Part shown: positions 1 to 9,287 of the stretch, one piece after another | Layout of the letters: every line of letters begins with the position of its first letter | How positions within the stretch are numbered: position 1 is the stretch's first letter | Assembly: GCA_963757605.1 (NCBI GenBank) | Contig: CAVWSF010000001.1 | Span: 537,531 to 601,530, forward strand | Length of the DNA: 64,000 bases | Direction of reading: 5' to 3' | Source of the DNA: an uncultured Actinomycetes bacterium | GTDB lineage: Bacteria; Actinomycetota; Thermoleophilia; Gaiellales; JAICJC01 | The notes under the pieces: model-generated | The model's input: the letters and a program-made list of their open reading frames with translations, nothing else | Told to the model about the DNA's origin: nothing | Database searches by the model: none | Position numbers and translations under genes: made by a program

Positions 1-2
1 CC

Positions 3-407
3 GATCCGGACAGCAGCGGAACCCTTCCGAAGGCCGACCCGCGACAGCTCGGGGTCAGCAGCTCGCAGTTACATGCGACCCAGCAAGCCTGCAGGCACCG
101 GCTTCCGGTCAGCGACCAGGCGATCAACGCCGGGTCGATCCAGCAATGCTTCATGGCAGACGACTGTCCCCAGGCCCTCGTGCAGCAGGTGCTGAACCAG
201 GAACGGAGGTTCGCCCTGTGCATGCGCTCGCATGGGATACCGAACTGGCCCGATCCGATCACCGATCCACATGGGCGTCCCGTGTTCGCGATCAGCATCA
301 GCAAGGACGGCTTCAATCCGTATTCGGCGCCCATCTGGGCCAAGGGCAATGAGTGCTCGCACCTGATGCCAGGCCTGACCGGGGCGCCATTCCAGATCTC
401 TCCATGA
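3..407 (+). CDS. hypothetical Cys-containing protein, 5' end cut by window edge
   Basis: The frame is open from the window edge to TGA 405-407. The stop overlaps the next start (ATGA 404-407). No domain motif recognised. Confidence 0.4.
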   Translation, partial: DPDSSGTLPKADPRQLGVSSSQLHATQQACRHRLPVSDQAINAGSIQQCFMADDCPQALVQQVLNQERRFALCMRSHGIPNWPDPITDPHGRPVFAISISKDGFNPYSAPIWAKGNECSHLMPGLTGAPFQISP

Positions 408-1541
408 CAGGTGTCGACGCACCTTCTGGAATGAGCGTACGCGGTGCGCGGCGCCGCTGGCTGATCGTCGCGTCGGTGCTGGTGCTGGTTGCCGGGTGCG
501 CGCTCGTGGTACTCGCGGGCGTGGTCGACGCCGGCGGGAGGCAGCGCGGCCCGGGCGAGAACGAGTCGGTGACGTCCTTGGCGAGGGTCACGCGCAGGTC
601 GCTGTCGGAGACCACAAGGTTCAACGGCACCCTCGGGTATGCGCGCTCCTACACCGTGCTCAATCGGGCACTTGGCACGGTGACGTGGCTGCCGGCCGTT
701 GGTCGGGTGATCCGTCAGGGGCAGGTGTTGTACCGGGTGGACGAGGCGCCGGTGGTGCTGCTGTACGGATCCACGCCCGTGTACCGACCCCTAACCGGGG
801 GGCGAGCCCCCCAAATGTGACCGGGACGGATGTCGCGCAGTTGAACCACGACCTGGTCGCTCTCGGGTACGTGGACTCCGCTGATGTGGACTCGCGCTGG
901 GACGAGTTCAACTGGGCGACCAAAGCCGGCGTCGCGAAGCTGCAGCGCCACCTCGGAGTGAACCAGACCGGACAACTGTCGCCCGCGGATCTGGTGTTCT
1001 TGCCCACTGCCGCCCGTGTCACCTCGGTGACTGCGCAGCTCGGCGGGCGTGCCGGCGGGCCGGTGCTGCAGGCGAGCTCGACGGCGCGGACGGTCAGCGT
1101 CGCGCTGGATCCGGAGCTGCAATCCGAGGTCACGGCCGGGAACCGAGTCACGATCACACTGCCCGATGGCAGCACCACCCCGGGCAGGGTCACCTCCGTG
1201 GGCAAGGTAGCCACCGGAGCCGTCAGACGGCTCCGACACCGGGCCGACCGTGCCGGTGCGCATCCGGCCGACCGATCCGCGCGGCCACCGGTAGCCTCGA
1301 TCAGGCCCTGGTGGAGGTGGCGATCACCGACCAGACGGTGCACAACGTGCTGGCGGTGCCGGTGACCGCCCTGCTGGCGCGCGTTGGCGGCGGATACTCG
1401 GTGGAGGTGGTCGGCAGCGACGGCAAGCACCGCCTGGTGCGGGTCAAGCCGGGGTTGTTCGACGACGCGGCGGGCATCGTGCAGGTGACGGGGCTCGGGC
1501 TGGCGGCCAAGCAGCGAGTGGTGGTGCCCGGCAATGAGTAG
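404..1541 (+). pseudogene. efflux periplasmic adaptor (HlyD/MFP type with peptidoglycan-binding domain), frameshifted
   Basis: Pieces in three frames together spell three parts. First, an N-terminal TM anchor (RRRWLIVASVLVLVAGCALVVLAG). Second, a PG-binding-type segment (DVAQLNHDLVALGY...AGVAKLQRHLGVNQTG). Third, an MFP C-terminus (LVEVAITDQTVHNVLAVPVTALL...VKPGLFDDAAGIVQV). Frame changes lie near 800-815 (at G6 797-802 and C6 807-812 runs), near 1222 and near 1280. Confidence 0.7.
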
Positions 1542-1559
1542 CCAGGAAACGGTCAGGCC

Positions 1560-2272
1560 GTGACCGTGCTTGGTACAGTCGACCGGGTCAGCAAGACCTA
1601 CCCCGGCATGCCGCCGGTGTCTGCGCTGCGCGGGCGTGAGCCTGACCGTGTAGCGAGGGCGAGCTGGTGGCGGTGGTCGGGCCCGTCGGGGTCTGGCAAG
1701 ACGACGCTGCTGCACGTCATGGGCAGTCTTGATCGGCCCAGCTCCGGCACCGTGAAGATCACGGATCTGGACCTGGCCGTCCTGTCGGATCGGCAGCTGG
1801 CAGCGCTGCGAGCGACACGGGTGGGGTTCGTGTTCCAGCAGTTCTTCCTCGCCGAGCACGCCACCGCGCTGGACAACGTGGCTGACGGGCTGCTCTACGC
1901 CGGCGTGCCGGCCAAGCAGCGCCGTCGACCGATCCGCCCATGCGCTGGCAGCGGTCGGACTCGGTGACCGGCTGCACGCCCGGCCCACCCAGCTGTCGGG
2001 TGGCGAACGCCAGCGCGTGGCGATCGCCCGCGCCCTGGTCGGGCACCCCGCCATCGTCTTAGCCGACGAACCCACCGGCAACCTCGACCAGGCCACCGGC
2101 CAGGCACTGCTCGACGCTGCTCCAGGAGCTCCATGCGGCCGGCACTACCATCGTGGTGATCACCCACGACGAGCGCATCGCCGCGCGTATGCCGCGCCGG
2201 GTCGAGATGCTCGACGGGCGTATCGTCACCGACACGGCACACGCCACCGTCGGCGCAGGACGACGCCCATGA
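1560..2272 (+). pseudogene. ABC transporter ATP-binding protein (MacB/LolD-like), multiply frameshifted
   Basis: Walker A (GPSGSGKTTLL), signature ([15 protein letters not shown]), Walker B ([12 protein letters not shown]) and H-loop ([10 protein letters not shown]) are all present but in different frames. About three shifts fall within 1630-1690 with a TAG at one junction, one near 1920 and one near 2110. The terminal TGA 2270-2272 overlaps the permease ATG. Confidence 0.75.
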
Positions 2273-3477
2273 CCACGACCGCCCCGATGGGCACGCACCG
2301 GATACGCCCGGCGGATCTGGGGCGCCTGTCAGCCGTCGGCATCCGCACGCGCAAACTCCGCGCTGCCCTGTCCGCGCTCGGAATCGCCATCGGCGTCGCC
2401 GCGATCGTGGCCGTGCTAGGGCTCTCGGCCTCCTCCCAAGCCGGACTGTTGAACGAGATCAGCCAACTGGGCACCAACCTGCTCACCGTCGCCAACGGGC
2501 AGAGCCTCAGCGGTGACACGGCCGAACTACCGGTCGCCGCACCCGGCATGGTCTCTCGCATCGGGCCGGTCACCGCCGTGGACGACACCGGCAGCATCCG
2601 GAACGTCTACGCCTACCGCAGTCCGCTGATCCCCTCGATCAACACCAATGCCCTGTCCGTGCGCGCCACCAGCCTTAGTCTGCCCCACACCGTAGGCACC
2701 TCGGTGGCGCGGGGCCGCTTCCTCAACCCGGCCACCGCCCGCGAACCGATCGCCGTGCTCGGGGCCACCGCCGCCGGGCGGCTGGGCATCGACCGCATCT
2801 ACCGCGGCGAGCGAATTCGGGTCGGCCGGCAGTGGTTCTACCTCGCCGGCATCCTCGATCGGGCCGCGCTCGCCCCCGAGATCGACACCTCAGTGCTCGT
2901 GGGATACCCCGCCGCGGAGCGGTACCTCGGGTTCGATGGTCACCCATCCGAGATCTACCTCCGCGCGCACACCGACCAGGTCAACGCCGTCGACACCCTG
3001 ATCGCGGCCACGGCCAACCCCGAATACCCCAACCAGGTCACCGTCGCCCGACCCTCTGACGCGCTCGTCGCTCAGGCCGACGCCAAAGGTGCACTGAACA
3101 GCCTGTTCCTCGGCCTCGGTGCGGTCTCTCTGCTCGTCGGCGCCATCGGCGTCGGCAACGTCATGCTCATCGTCGTGCTCGAACGCCGCTCCGAAATCGG
3201 GCTGCGCCGCGCCCTCGGCGCCACCAAGGGTCACATCCGCATCCAGTTCCTCACCGAAGCCATGCTCCTCGCACTCCTCGGCGGCACAGTCGGTGTCGCG
3301 CTCGGCGCGGCAGCTACCGCCGTCTACGCTCACACCCAACATTGGGCCACCGTCATCCCCACCGCCGCGTGGGTCGGAGGCCTCGCCTCCGCCCCGGCGA
3401 TCGGCGCCATTGCTGGGCTCTTACCGGCCATCCGCGCCGCCCGCATGTCCCCCACCCAAGCGCTTTGGAGCATGTGA
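2269..3477 (+). CDS. ABC transporter permease, FtsX/MacB family
   Basis: Intact 402-aa ORF whose ATG overlaps the upstream stop (ATGA). It has an N-terminal TM, a large extracytoplasmic loop and a C-terminal FtsX-type bundle ([40 protein letters not shown]). Confidence 0.85.
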   Translation: MTTTAPMGTHRIRPADLGRLSAVGIRTRKLRAALSALGIAIGVAAIVAVLGLSASSQAGLLNEISQLGTNLLTVANGQSLSGDTAELPVAAPGMVSRIGPVTAVDDTGSIRNVYAYRSPLIPSINTNALSVRATSLSLPHTVGTSVARGRFLNPATAREPIAVLGATAAGRLGIDRIYRGERIRVGRQWFYLAGILDRAALAPEIDTSVLVGYPAAERYLGFDGHPSEIYLRAHTDQVNAVDTLIAATANPEYPNQVTVARPSDALVAQADAKGALNSLFLGLGAVSLLVGAIGVGNVMLIVVLERRSEIGLRRALGATKGHIRIQFLTEAMLLALLGGTVGVALGAAATAVYAHTQHWATVIPTAAWVGGLASAPAIGAIAGLLPAIRAARMSPTQALWSM

Positions 3478-3620
3478 ACCCCAGCCGCCGATGAAGAGGC
3501 GCTTATCCGGCGCCACTGAACGGCCGAATCAAGGCCGAGCCCAGCCAACCAGGATCCGTGCAACCAGGCCGCACAGCGGCATTCTTGGATGCGTCCCTCC
3601 TCCTCTTTTTCGCCTCTGGT

Positions 3621-5966
3621 CTACTGGTGGGCGAAGGCGGCTTTCGCCTCTCGTGCGAGGTCGACGAAGGCATCGCCGCTGACGTCGATCATCACGCGCA
3701 GGATTCTTCCTCCGACGAATGGCCACGGTCGTGAGCCGGTCAAGTCGTCGGTTACCGGCTCCGCGCCTGACCGGCCGACGACGAGGCCGCCGCCGCCCAG
3801 GCCGAACTTGCCGGGCTGCGTCATGATCCGTGCTTCGCCGACTTGCGTCTCGCGAATGTGCAGCGTCAGCGCCCCCTGTGTCGGCAGCGCGTCGCCCTGC
3901 TTTTCGAACGAGGCCGAGACGACGACGTGCCCGGTGGGAAGCGCATCGTCGGCCTCGATCGTCTGGATGTTCTCTCCCACCCAGTTGTAGACGTACTTCA
4001 GCCTGCCGCCGGTGACGTAGAGGGCGTGGCCCCCGAACCGGGAGCCCTGCGAGAAGATCACGCCGCCGGCTTCGGCCGTCTCGACGTCGAGCTCGGCCGC
4101 GATCGTGTACGACCGGTTGCGGATGTTCGGAGCCACGGATTCCGGGATCTCCGCCCCTCCGGGATAGAACGTATAGCGGGTGCGCGGCTTCGACAGCTGT
4201 GGCCGCTCGGCTCCCAGGATCTCGATGGCGGTTCTGGACTCGAGCGGCAGCGCCTGGTGTGCGCCCGCCTCGGCCCACCAGAGCGCGATCAGCTCCTGGA
4301 GCTTGTCCGGGTGTTGCTCGGCGAGATCGTGCGACTCGCTCGGGTCGGCCTCGGTGTCGAACAGCTCCCACCGCTGCGTGTGGAAGTCGCCCCAGGAGTC
4401 GGGGGCAGCCGGGACGGCGGTCGCGGCCTTCCAGCCGCGGTGCCAGATGGCTCGTGTTCCGAGCATTGAGTAGAACTGCGTCTGCTTGCGCGTCGCCGCG
4501 TCCGCGTCGTCCAGGCTGGAGGCGAAGCTGACGCCCTCGATCGGCTTCTGCGTGTACCCGTTCACCTCGTCGGGGGGTTCGAGGCCGAGGCACTCGTAGA
4601 TCGTCGGCACGATGTCGACGGCGTGCGTGTACTGGCGGCGGATCTCGCCGGAACGACCGATACGACTGGGCCACGACACGATCAGCGGGTCGGCGGTGCC
4701 GCCGCGGTAGTTGCTGTAGCGCTTCCACATCTTGAACGGCGTGTTGAACGCCCACGCCCATCCGGTCGGATAGTGGTTGTAGGTGCGCGGGCTCCCGAGC
4801 TCGTCCAGCTGCTTGAGGTTCTCCTCGATCGTGTCGGGGATGCCGTTGAAGAACTTGTTCTCGTTCACGGAGCCGTTCGGCCCGCCCTCGCCCGAGGCAC
4901 CGTTGTCCGATACGAGCACGATCAGCGTGTTGTCGAGCTGGCCGCTCCCCTCCAGGAAGTCGAGCAGACGACCGAGCTGATGGTCGGCGTGGCTGAGGAA
5001 GCCCGCATAGACCTCCGCCATGCGTGCGAACAACTGCTTCTCATCGGCTGAGAGTGAGTTCCAGGGGCGCACGACGTCGAACTCCGACCACGGCTTGCCG
5101 TCGCGGCTCGTAGTTTCCGCATACGGGTTGATCGGCGACAGCTCGGTGTTCTCAGGGACGATGCCGAGCGTCTTCTGCCGCTCGAGCACCTGCTCGCGGT
5201 ACGCCTCGTACCCCATGTCGAACCGACCCTTGTACTTGTCGATCCACTCCTTGGGCGCGTGGTGGGGCGCGTGTGCGGCGCCGGGGCAGTAGTAGAGGAA
5301 GAACGGCTTGTCGGGAGCGATCGCCTTGGCGTCCTGCACGAACTCGATCGCCTTGTCGGTCATGTCGACCGAGAAGTGGTACCCCTCGTCCGGCAGGCTC
5401 GGCTGAGGGACGGGGTGGTTGTCCTCGATCAGGTCGGGATACCACTGGTTGGTCTCGCCGCCCAGGAACCCGTAGTACCGCTCGAACCCGCGACCGAGTG
5501 GCCACTGCCGTTTCGACGAGGCGAGGTTCATCTCGTCCTCCGCGCACAGGTGCCACTTGCCGACGTGGTAGGTGTTCCAGCCGCGCTCGCCCAACACCTC
5601 GGCGATGTTCGCGCACTCGAACGGGATGTGCCCGTTCGCGTTCGGGAATCCCGACGTCGCCTCCGTGATGCAGGCCATCCCATTCGTGGTGTGGTTGCGG
5701 CCCGTCATCAGGCACGACCGGGTCGGCGAGCACAACGCGGTCGTATGGAAGTTCGTGTACGTCAGGCCCTGTTCGGCGATCCGCTTGACGTTCGGAGTGT
5801 CGATCAGCCCGCCGTAGGGCTCCATCGCCGCGAAGCCGACGTCGTCCAACACGACGTACAGCACGTTCGGGGCTTGAGCGGGGGCGATCGGCTGAGTGAA
5901 CGGCTCCCAATCCGGACTCGAATCCTTGATGTCGATATTGACGATGCCGCGAAACGACCTGGCCAT
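3621..5966 (-). CDS. type-I arylsulfatase (formylglycine-dependent), long AtsA-like form
   Basis: 781-aa ORF. Sulfatase signature LCSPTRSCLMTGR (C-x-P-x-R FGly site), GKWHL block and DNGASGEGG block. Long C-terminal extension. Confidence 0.9.
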   Translation of the reverse strand: MARSFRGIVNIDIKDSSPDWEPFTQPIAPAQAPNVLYVVLDDVGFAAMEPYGGLIDTPNVKRIAEQGLTYTNFHTTALCSPTRSCLMTGRNHTTNGMACITEATSGFPNANGHIPFECANIAEVLGERGWNTYHVGKWHLCAEDEMNLASSKRQWPLGRGFERYYGFLGGETNQWYPDLIEDNHPVPQPSLPDEGYHFSVDMTDKAIEFVQDAKAIAPDKPFFLYYCPGAAHAPHHAPKEWIDKYKGRFDMGYEAYREQVLERQKTLGIVPENTELSPINPYAETTSRDGKPWSEFDVVRPWNSLSADEKQLFARMAEVYAGFLSHADHQLGRLLDFLEGSGQLDNTLIVLVSDNGASGEGGPNGSVNENKFFNGIPDTIEENLKQLDELGSPRTYNHYPTGWAWAFNTPFKMWKRYSNYRGGTADPLIVSWPSRIGRSGEIRRQYTHAVDIVPTIYECLGLEPPDEVNGYTQKPIEGVSFASSLDDADAATRKQTQFYSMLGTRAIWHRGWKAATAVPAAPDSWGDFHTQRWELFDTEADPSESHDLAEQHPDKLQELIALWWAEAGAHQALPLESRTAIEILGAERPQLSKPRTRYTFYPGGAEIPESVAPNIRNRSYTIAAELDVETAEAGGVIFSQGSRFGGHALYVTGGRLKYVYNWVGENIQTIEADDALPTGHVVVSASFEKQGDALPTQGALTLHIRETQVGEARIMTQPGKFGLGGGGLVVGRSGAEPVTDDLTGSRPWPFVGGRILRVMIDVSGDAFVDLAREAKAAFAHQ

Positions 5967-6082
5967 TTTGGCGCTCCTGACTCTCTCGGAATGAGCCCGA
6001 GCACGCTACGGGTGCGCGTCCTGCAACCCCTCATCCCACCCGGACGAAAGGCCGACGCCGGGCGGGCGCGTACCATGCAGCG

Positions 6083-7053
6083 ATGTCAGGGCCAGCCGGT
6101 CGTGAGCCTGCAGGCGGCGCGCAAACTGTCCCCGTCGGCGACAACGTGAAGGGCATGGTCGAGGTGCCGGGAGGCACCTTCCAAATGGGGTCCGATCGCT
6201 TCTACCCCGAGGAGCGGCCCGTTCGCGAGGTCGCCGTGGATGGCTTCTGGATCGATCGCCACCCGGTGACGGTTGCGGAGTTTCAGCGCTTCGTCCGCGC
6301 GACCGGCCACGTGACCTGGGCAGAGCAGGAACCCGACTCGGCCGACTATCCCGACGCCGACCCGGAGCTCGTGGTCCCCGGCTCGTTGGTCTTCCAGCCG
6401 ACGACCGGGCCTGTCGACCTCGACGACTATCGCAACTGGTGGCGGTGGGCGCCGGGGGCCGACTGGAGACACCCGGAGGGCCCGGGAAGCGGCATCGGCG
6501 GTCGCGAACGACACCCCGTCACCCACATCGCCTACGCGGACGCAGCCGCGTACGCGGCGTGGACGGGCAAGCGGCTACCGACCGAAGCCGAGTGGGAGCA
6601 CGCTGCGCGAGGCGGCCTCGACGGAGCGACGTTCACATGGGGGGACGACTACGCACCCAAGGGCCGGATGATGGCGAATACCTGGCAGGGCGAATTCCCC
6701 TGGCAGAACCTCCTCACCGACGGCTATGCCGGCACCTCTCCGGTCGAGAGGTTCCCCGCGAACGGCTACGGCCTTCACGACATGGCAGGCAACGTCTGGG
6801 AGTGGACCGAGGACTACTTCGCCGAGGCCGGGGGGATGTCCGGTCCGCGGTGCTGCGTGCCCCGCAACCCGCGCGTATCCACCGCGCCACCGTTGGCGGA
6901 CGGCGGAGGCGGTTCCCGCGCAAGGTGATCAAAGGCGGGTCGCACCTGTGCGCGCCCAACTACTGCCTGCGCTATCGCCCCGCCGCGCGCCAGGGGGAGG
7001 CTGTCGACACGTCCACCAGCCACATCGGATTCCGGTGCGTCCTCAACACCTGA
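6083..7053 (+). pseudogene. formylglycine-generating enzyme (SUMF1/FGE family), one frameshift near 6900
   Basis: FGE blocks ([37 protein letters not shown]) run in one frame, which stops at 6926-6928. The conserved C-terminus [41 protein letters not shown] continues in another frame to 7053. The start could also be GTG 6146. Confidence 0.8.
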
Positions 7054-7170
7054 TTCGCCTTGCGACCTCCATGTGACCGCCCGGCCTGTATACCCGCAAT
7101 CCTGCGTGGCGGCGACGGCCGCAACCCGGACTTGACGTGCTATTGGACGCCGAATCTAGCCGCGCAGTTC

Positions 7171-7186
7171 GAATCGACTGCGATTC
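7171..7186. promoter_or_regulatory. small perfect palindrome GAATCG-ACTG-CGATTC upstream of the DUF1232 gene
   Basis: 6-bp arms and a 4-nt spacer, read directly. Lies about 40 nt upstream of start 7228. Function unknown. Confidence 0.2.
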
Positions 7187-7227
7187 CTCGGCTCTAACCC
7201 GTCGACGTCCGGGTAGGTTTTGCGCGG

Positions 7228-7632
7228 GTGGACTGGCACTTTCTCGCGTACTCCGTCGAGATGCTGATGGCGGTCTATCTCGTCGGCCTCACCGGGCTTG
7301 TGATTCTTGGTCGCCGGCCGGACGCTGCAGCGGTGGCGCGGTTCGTCCCGGACTGCGCGATCCTGTTCGTTCGCTTGGTGCGAGACCCGCGTGTCGCCCG
7401 GCGCCACAAGCTGCTCCTCGTCGCCGTCGCGGCCTACCTGGCTATGCCGATCGACCTCGTTCCGGACTTCATCCCGGTCGCCGGCCAACTCGACGACGCA
7501 ATCATCGTCTCTCTCGCGCTACGCGCAATGCTTCGTGGTGCCGACGACCACCTCTTTGCCGAGCACTGGCCCGGCCCGGCCGCGTCGCTTGCGCTCGTGG
7601 AGCATCTGGCAGGGGCGCAGCGACCGTCCTGA
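7228..7632 (+). CDS. YkvA/DUF1232 family membrane protein
   Basis: 134-aa ORF (GTG start) with TM helices and the DLVPDFIPVAGQLDD motif typical of DUF1232. Confidence 0.7.
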   Translation: MDWHFLAYSVEMLMAVYLVGLTGLVILGRRPDAAAVARFVPDCAILFVRLVRDPRVARRHKLLLVAVAAYLAMPIDLVPDFIPVAGQLDDAIIVSLALRAMLRGADDHLFAEHWPGPAASLALVEHLAGAQRPS

Positions 7633-7634
7633 AT

Positions 7635-7661
7635 CCACCCATGAGCAGCTCCAATGGGTGG
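7635..7661 (+). terminator. hairpin after the DUF1232 gene
   Basis: CCACCCAT (7635-7642) pairs with ATGGGTGG (7654-7661) across an 11-nt loop, starting 3 nt after the stop. It is followed by CCTTCTT. The neighbouring gene is convergent. Confidence 0.35.
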
Positions 7662-7766
7662 GGGCCTTCTTCGACGCTTGGAGCCCCACCGCGGTTCGTG
7701 GGAGACGCCCCGAGATGCACGGCTGCCTTGTTCGGTCGCGACCGCCGTGCAACGTGCCGGCGGCGC

Positions 7767-8249
7767 TCAGGTGGCGTCCTGGCCAAGCGCCTGGGAGACC
7801 TGGCCGATGGCGTCGCGCTCGGCGGGGCTGACGGACTGCCCGCCCTCGCGATGGGCGGCGGCGACCCTCTCGGCGAGCGCGAGCACGAACTGCTCGTACT
7901 CGGCAACCTCGTCGGGCGTGGCCTTCCCTTCGAGCACGGCGACGGCGTCGTTGAGATGGCCGAGGCAGGCCGCGCGCAGCTCGTCCGGCGAGTGGTAGCG
8001 CGTGTGATCCATCTTGGGCTTGGCCGAGACGATCTCGTCGATCAGCTCGCTCTGGCCGTGCTGCTTTCTGGTCTCGGTGTAGGCCTTCGCCATGGCGAAG
8101 CTCTCTCGCAGCGTCCCCCCACGCTGCGCGGCCATGACGAACATCCCCGCGGCGGGCGGGCCTTCGAGCACCTGCGCCCACTCCGCCTCGCTGAAATCGG
8201 CCTTCCCGGTCACGAGCCCCTCCTCGTCGAGAACACTCCGCGCGGCCAC
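7767..8249 (-). CDS. hypothetical cytoplasmic protein
   Basis: 160-aa ORF with a non-repetitive, acidic, helix-rich sequence, unlike the Arg/Pro-rich antisense ORFs. No motif recognised. Confidence 0.55.
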   Translation of the reverse strand: MAARSVLDEEGLVTGKADFSEAEWAQVLEGPPAAGMFVMAAQRGGTLRESFAMAKAYTETRKQHGQSELIDEIVSAKPKMDHTRYHSPDELRAACLGHLNDAVAVLEGKATPDEVAEYEQFVLALAERVAAAHREGGQSVSPAERDAIGQVSQALGQDAT

Positions 8250-8296
8250 GCTAGCGCACGCGTAGCCGCGCCTGCTGCGTCGAAGCCGTCGTTTCG

Positions 8297-8692
8297 CTAC
8301 GGAGCCGCGGTGGCCTCACCCCAGCGCACGATCAGGGCGTAGAGCACGACGAGCGTGAGCCCCATGACGGTGAACGCCCACACGGGGTACGGCGAGCTGC
8401 CCATGAACCCGAGCTGCACGATAAAGCTGAGGCTGCCGATGAAGACCGCCGTCCAGCGGGCCCAGCCCGCCCCCGACAGCAGTCCAACGCCGGCCAGGGC
8501 CACGACGATTCCCCAGAGGAGGGTGATCCAGCCCCATGTCTTGACGTCGAACACGATGATCGACTGCGCCGTCAGGAGGTAGTACTGGCCTCTGATGATG
8601 GCGATCAGCCCCTCGAAGGCGTCGATCGAGCCGATGATGATCATCAACCATCCGGCGAAACCGACCCACCCGCTCCAAGCACTGCGATTCAT
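8297..8692 (-). CDS. DUF7144-type small membrane protein
   Basis: ATG 8692 is preceded by GGGAGG 7 nt upstream. Four TM helices with WGW..LLWG and GWARW blocks. Paralog of 14315-14704. Confidence 0.7.
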   Translation of the reverse strand: MNRSAWSGWVGFAGWLMIIIGSIDAFEGLIAIIRGQYYLLTAQSIIVFDVKTWGWITLLWGIVVALAGVGLLSGAGWARWTAVFIGSLSFIVQLGFMGSSPYPVWAFTVMGLTLVVLYALIVRWGEATAAP

Positions 8693-8792
8693 TGCGACCT
8701 CCCTGTCCATCAGGCAAATTCGTCGCGACCGTACCTCGATCCGCCCGTCGCCCCCTTCGTCCAAACGGGATGACCGCCCTCGAGCGGCTACC

Positions 8793-9287
8793 GTGAGCGG
8801 CGTGGAGAGTGGCTGGCAGCCCTATCCGGGAGCCCACGACGGGGAGGCGGCGTTTCGGCTGCCGCCCGTCGAGCCGGGCCGCGTCGTCGGGCTCGGAGCC
8901 CTCTGCGATCTGGGCCCGCCGCGCGCCGACGCACGGGATCAGGACATCGAGGTGAGCGAGTTCGTCACGCTGGAAGACGGCCGCCGGGTGCTCCTCCACG
9001 ACGGGGGCCGCGGCTTCGCGACGGGTATCCGGTCGAGCGGCCAATCGAAGCCTCCTGACGTCCGCTTGGACCTGACCCTTGAGCAGCTTGCCGGCGACGT
9101 GTTGACCGTCGTCCTTGCCGATGACGACGACGACCCCGAGCCCCATCCCTGGTCGTGGCTGTCCGACCTCGCGCGCGCTCGCGGTCTGGATGTGTCAGCA
9201 GACGACCTGCGAGCGCTGCCGTACGACGTCGTCTTCACCGACGAGCTGCGTCGGTGGCTCGCGGCCTACCACGAGGAGACGCCGTAG
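8793..9287 (+). CDS. hypothetical acidic protein
   Basis: Coding-looking C-terminal 160 aa of ORF 8595-9287. GTG 8793 or GTG 8802 is the likely start. No motif recognised. Confidence 0.45.
   Translation: MSGVESGWQPYPGAHDGEAAFRLPPVEPGRVVGLGALCDLGPPRADARDQDIEVSEFVTLEDGRRVLLHDGGRGFATGIRSSGQSKPPDVRLDLTLEQLAGDVLTVVLADDDDDPEPHPWSWLSDLARARGLDVSADDLRALPYDVVFTDELRRWLAAYHEETP

Noticed and set aside
660-2096. 478-aa ORF on the minus strand across the efflux pseudogenes
   Set aside because: It is antisense to recognisable adaptor and ATPase motifs, with a low-complexity composition. Its length is an effect of GC-rich stop-poor sequence.
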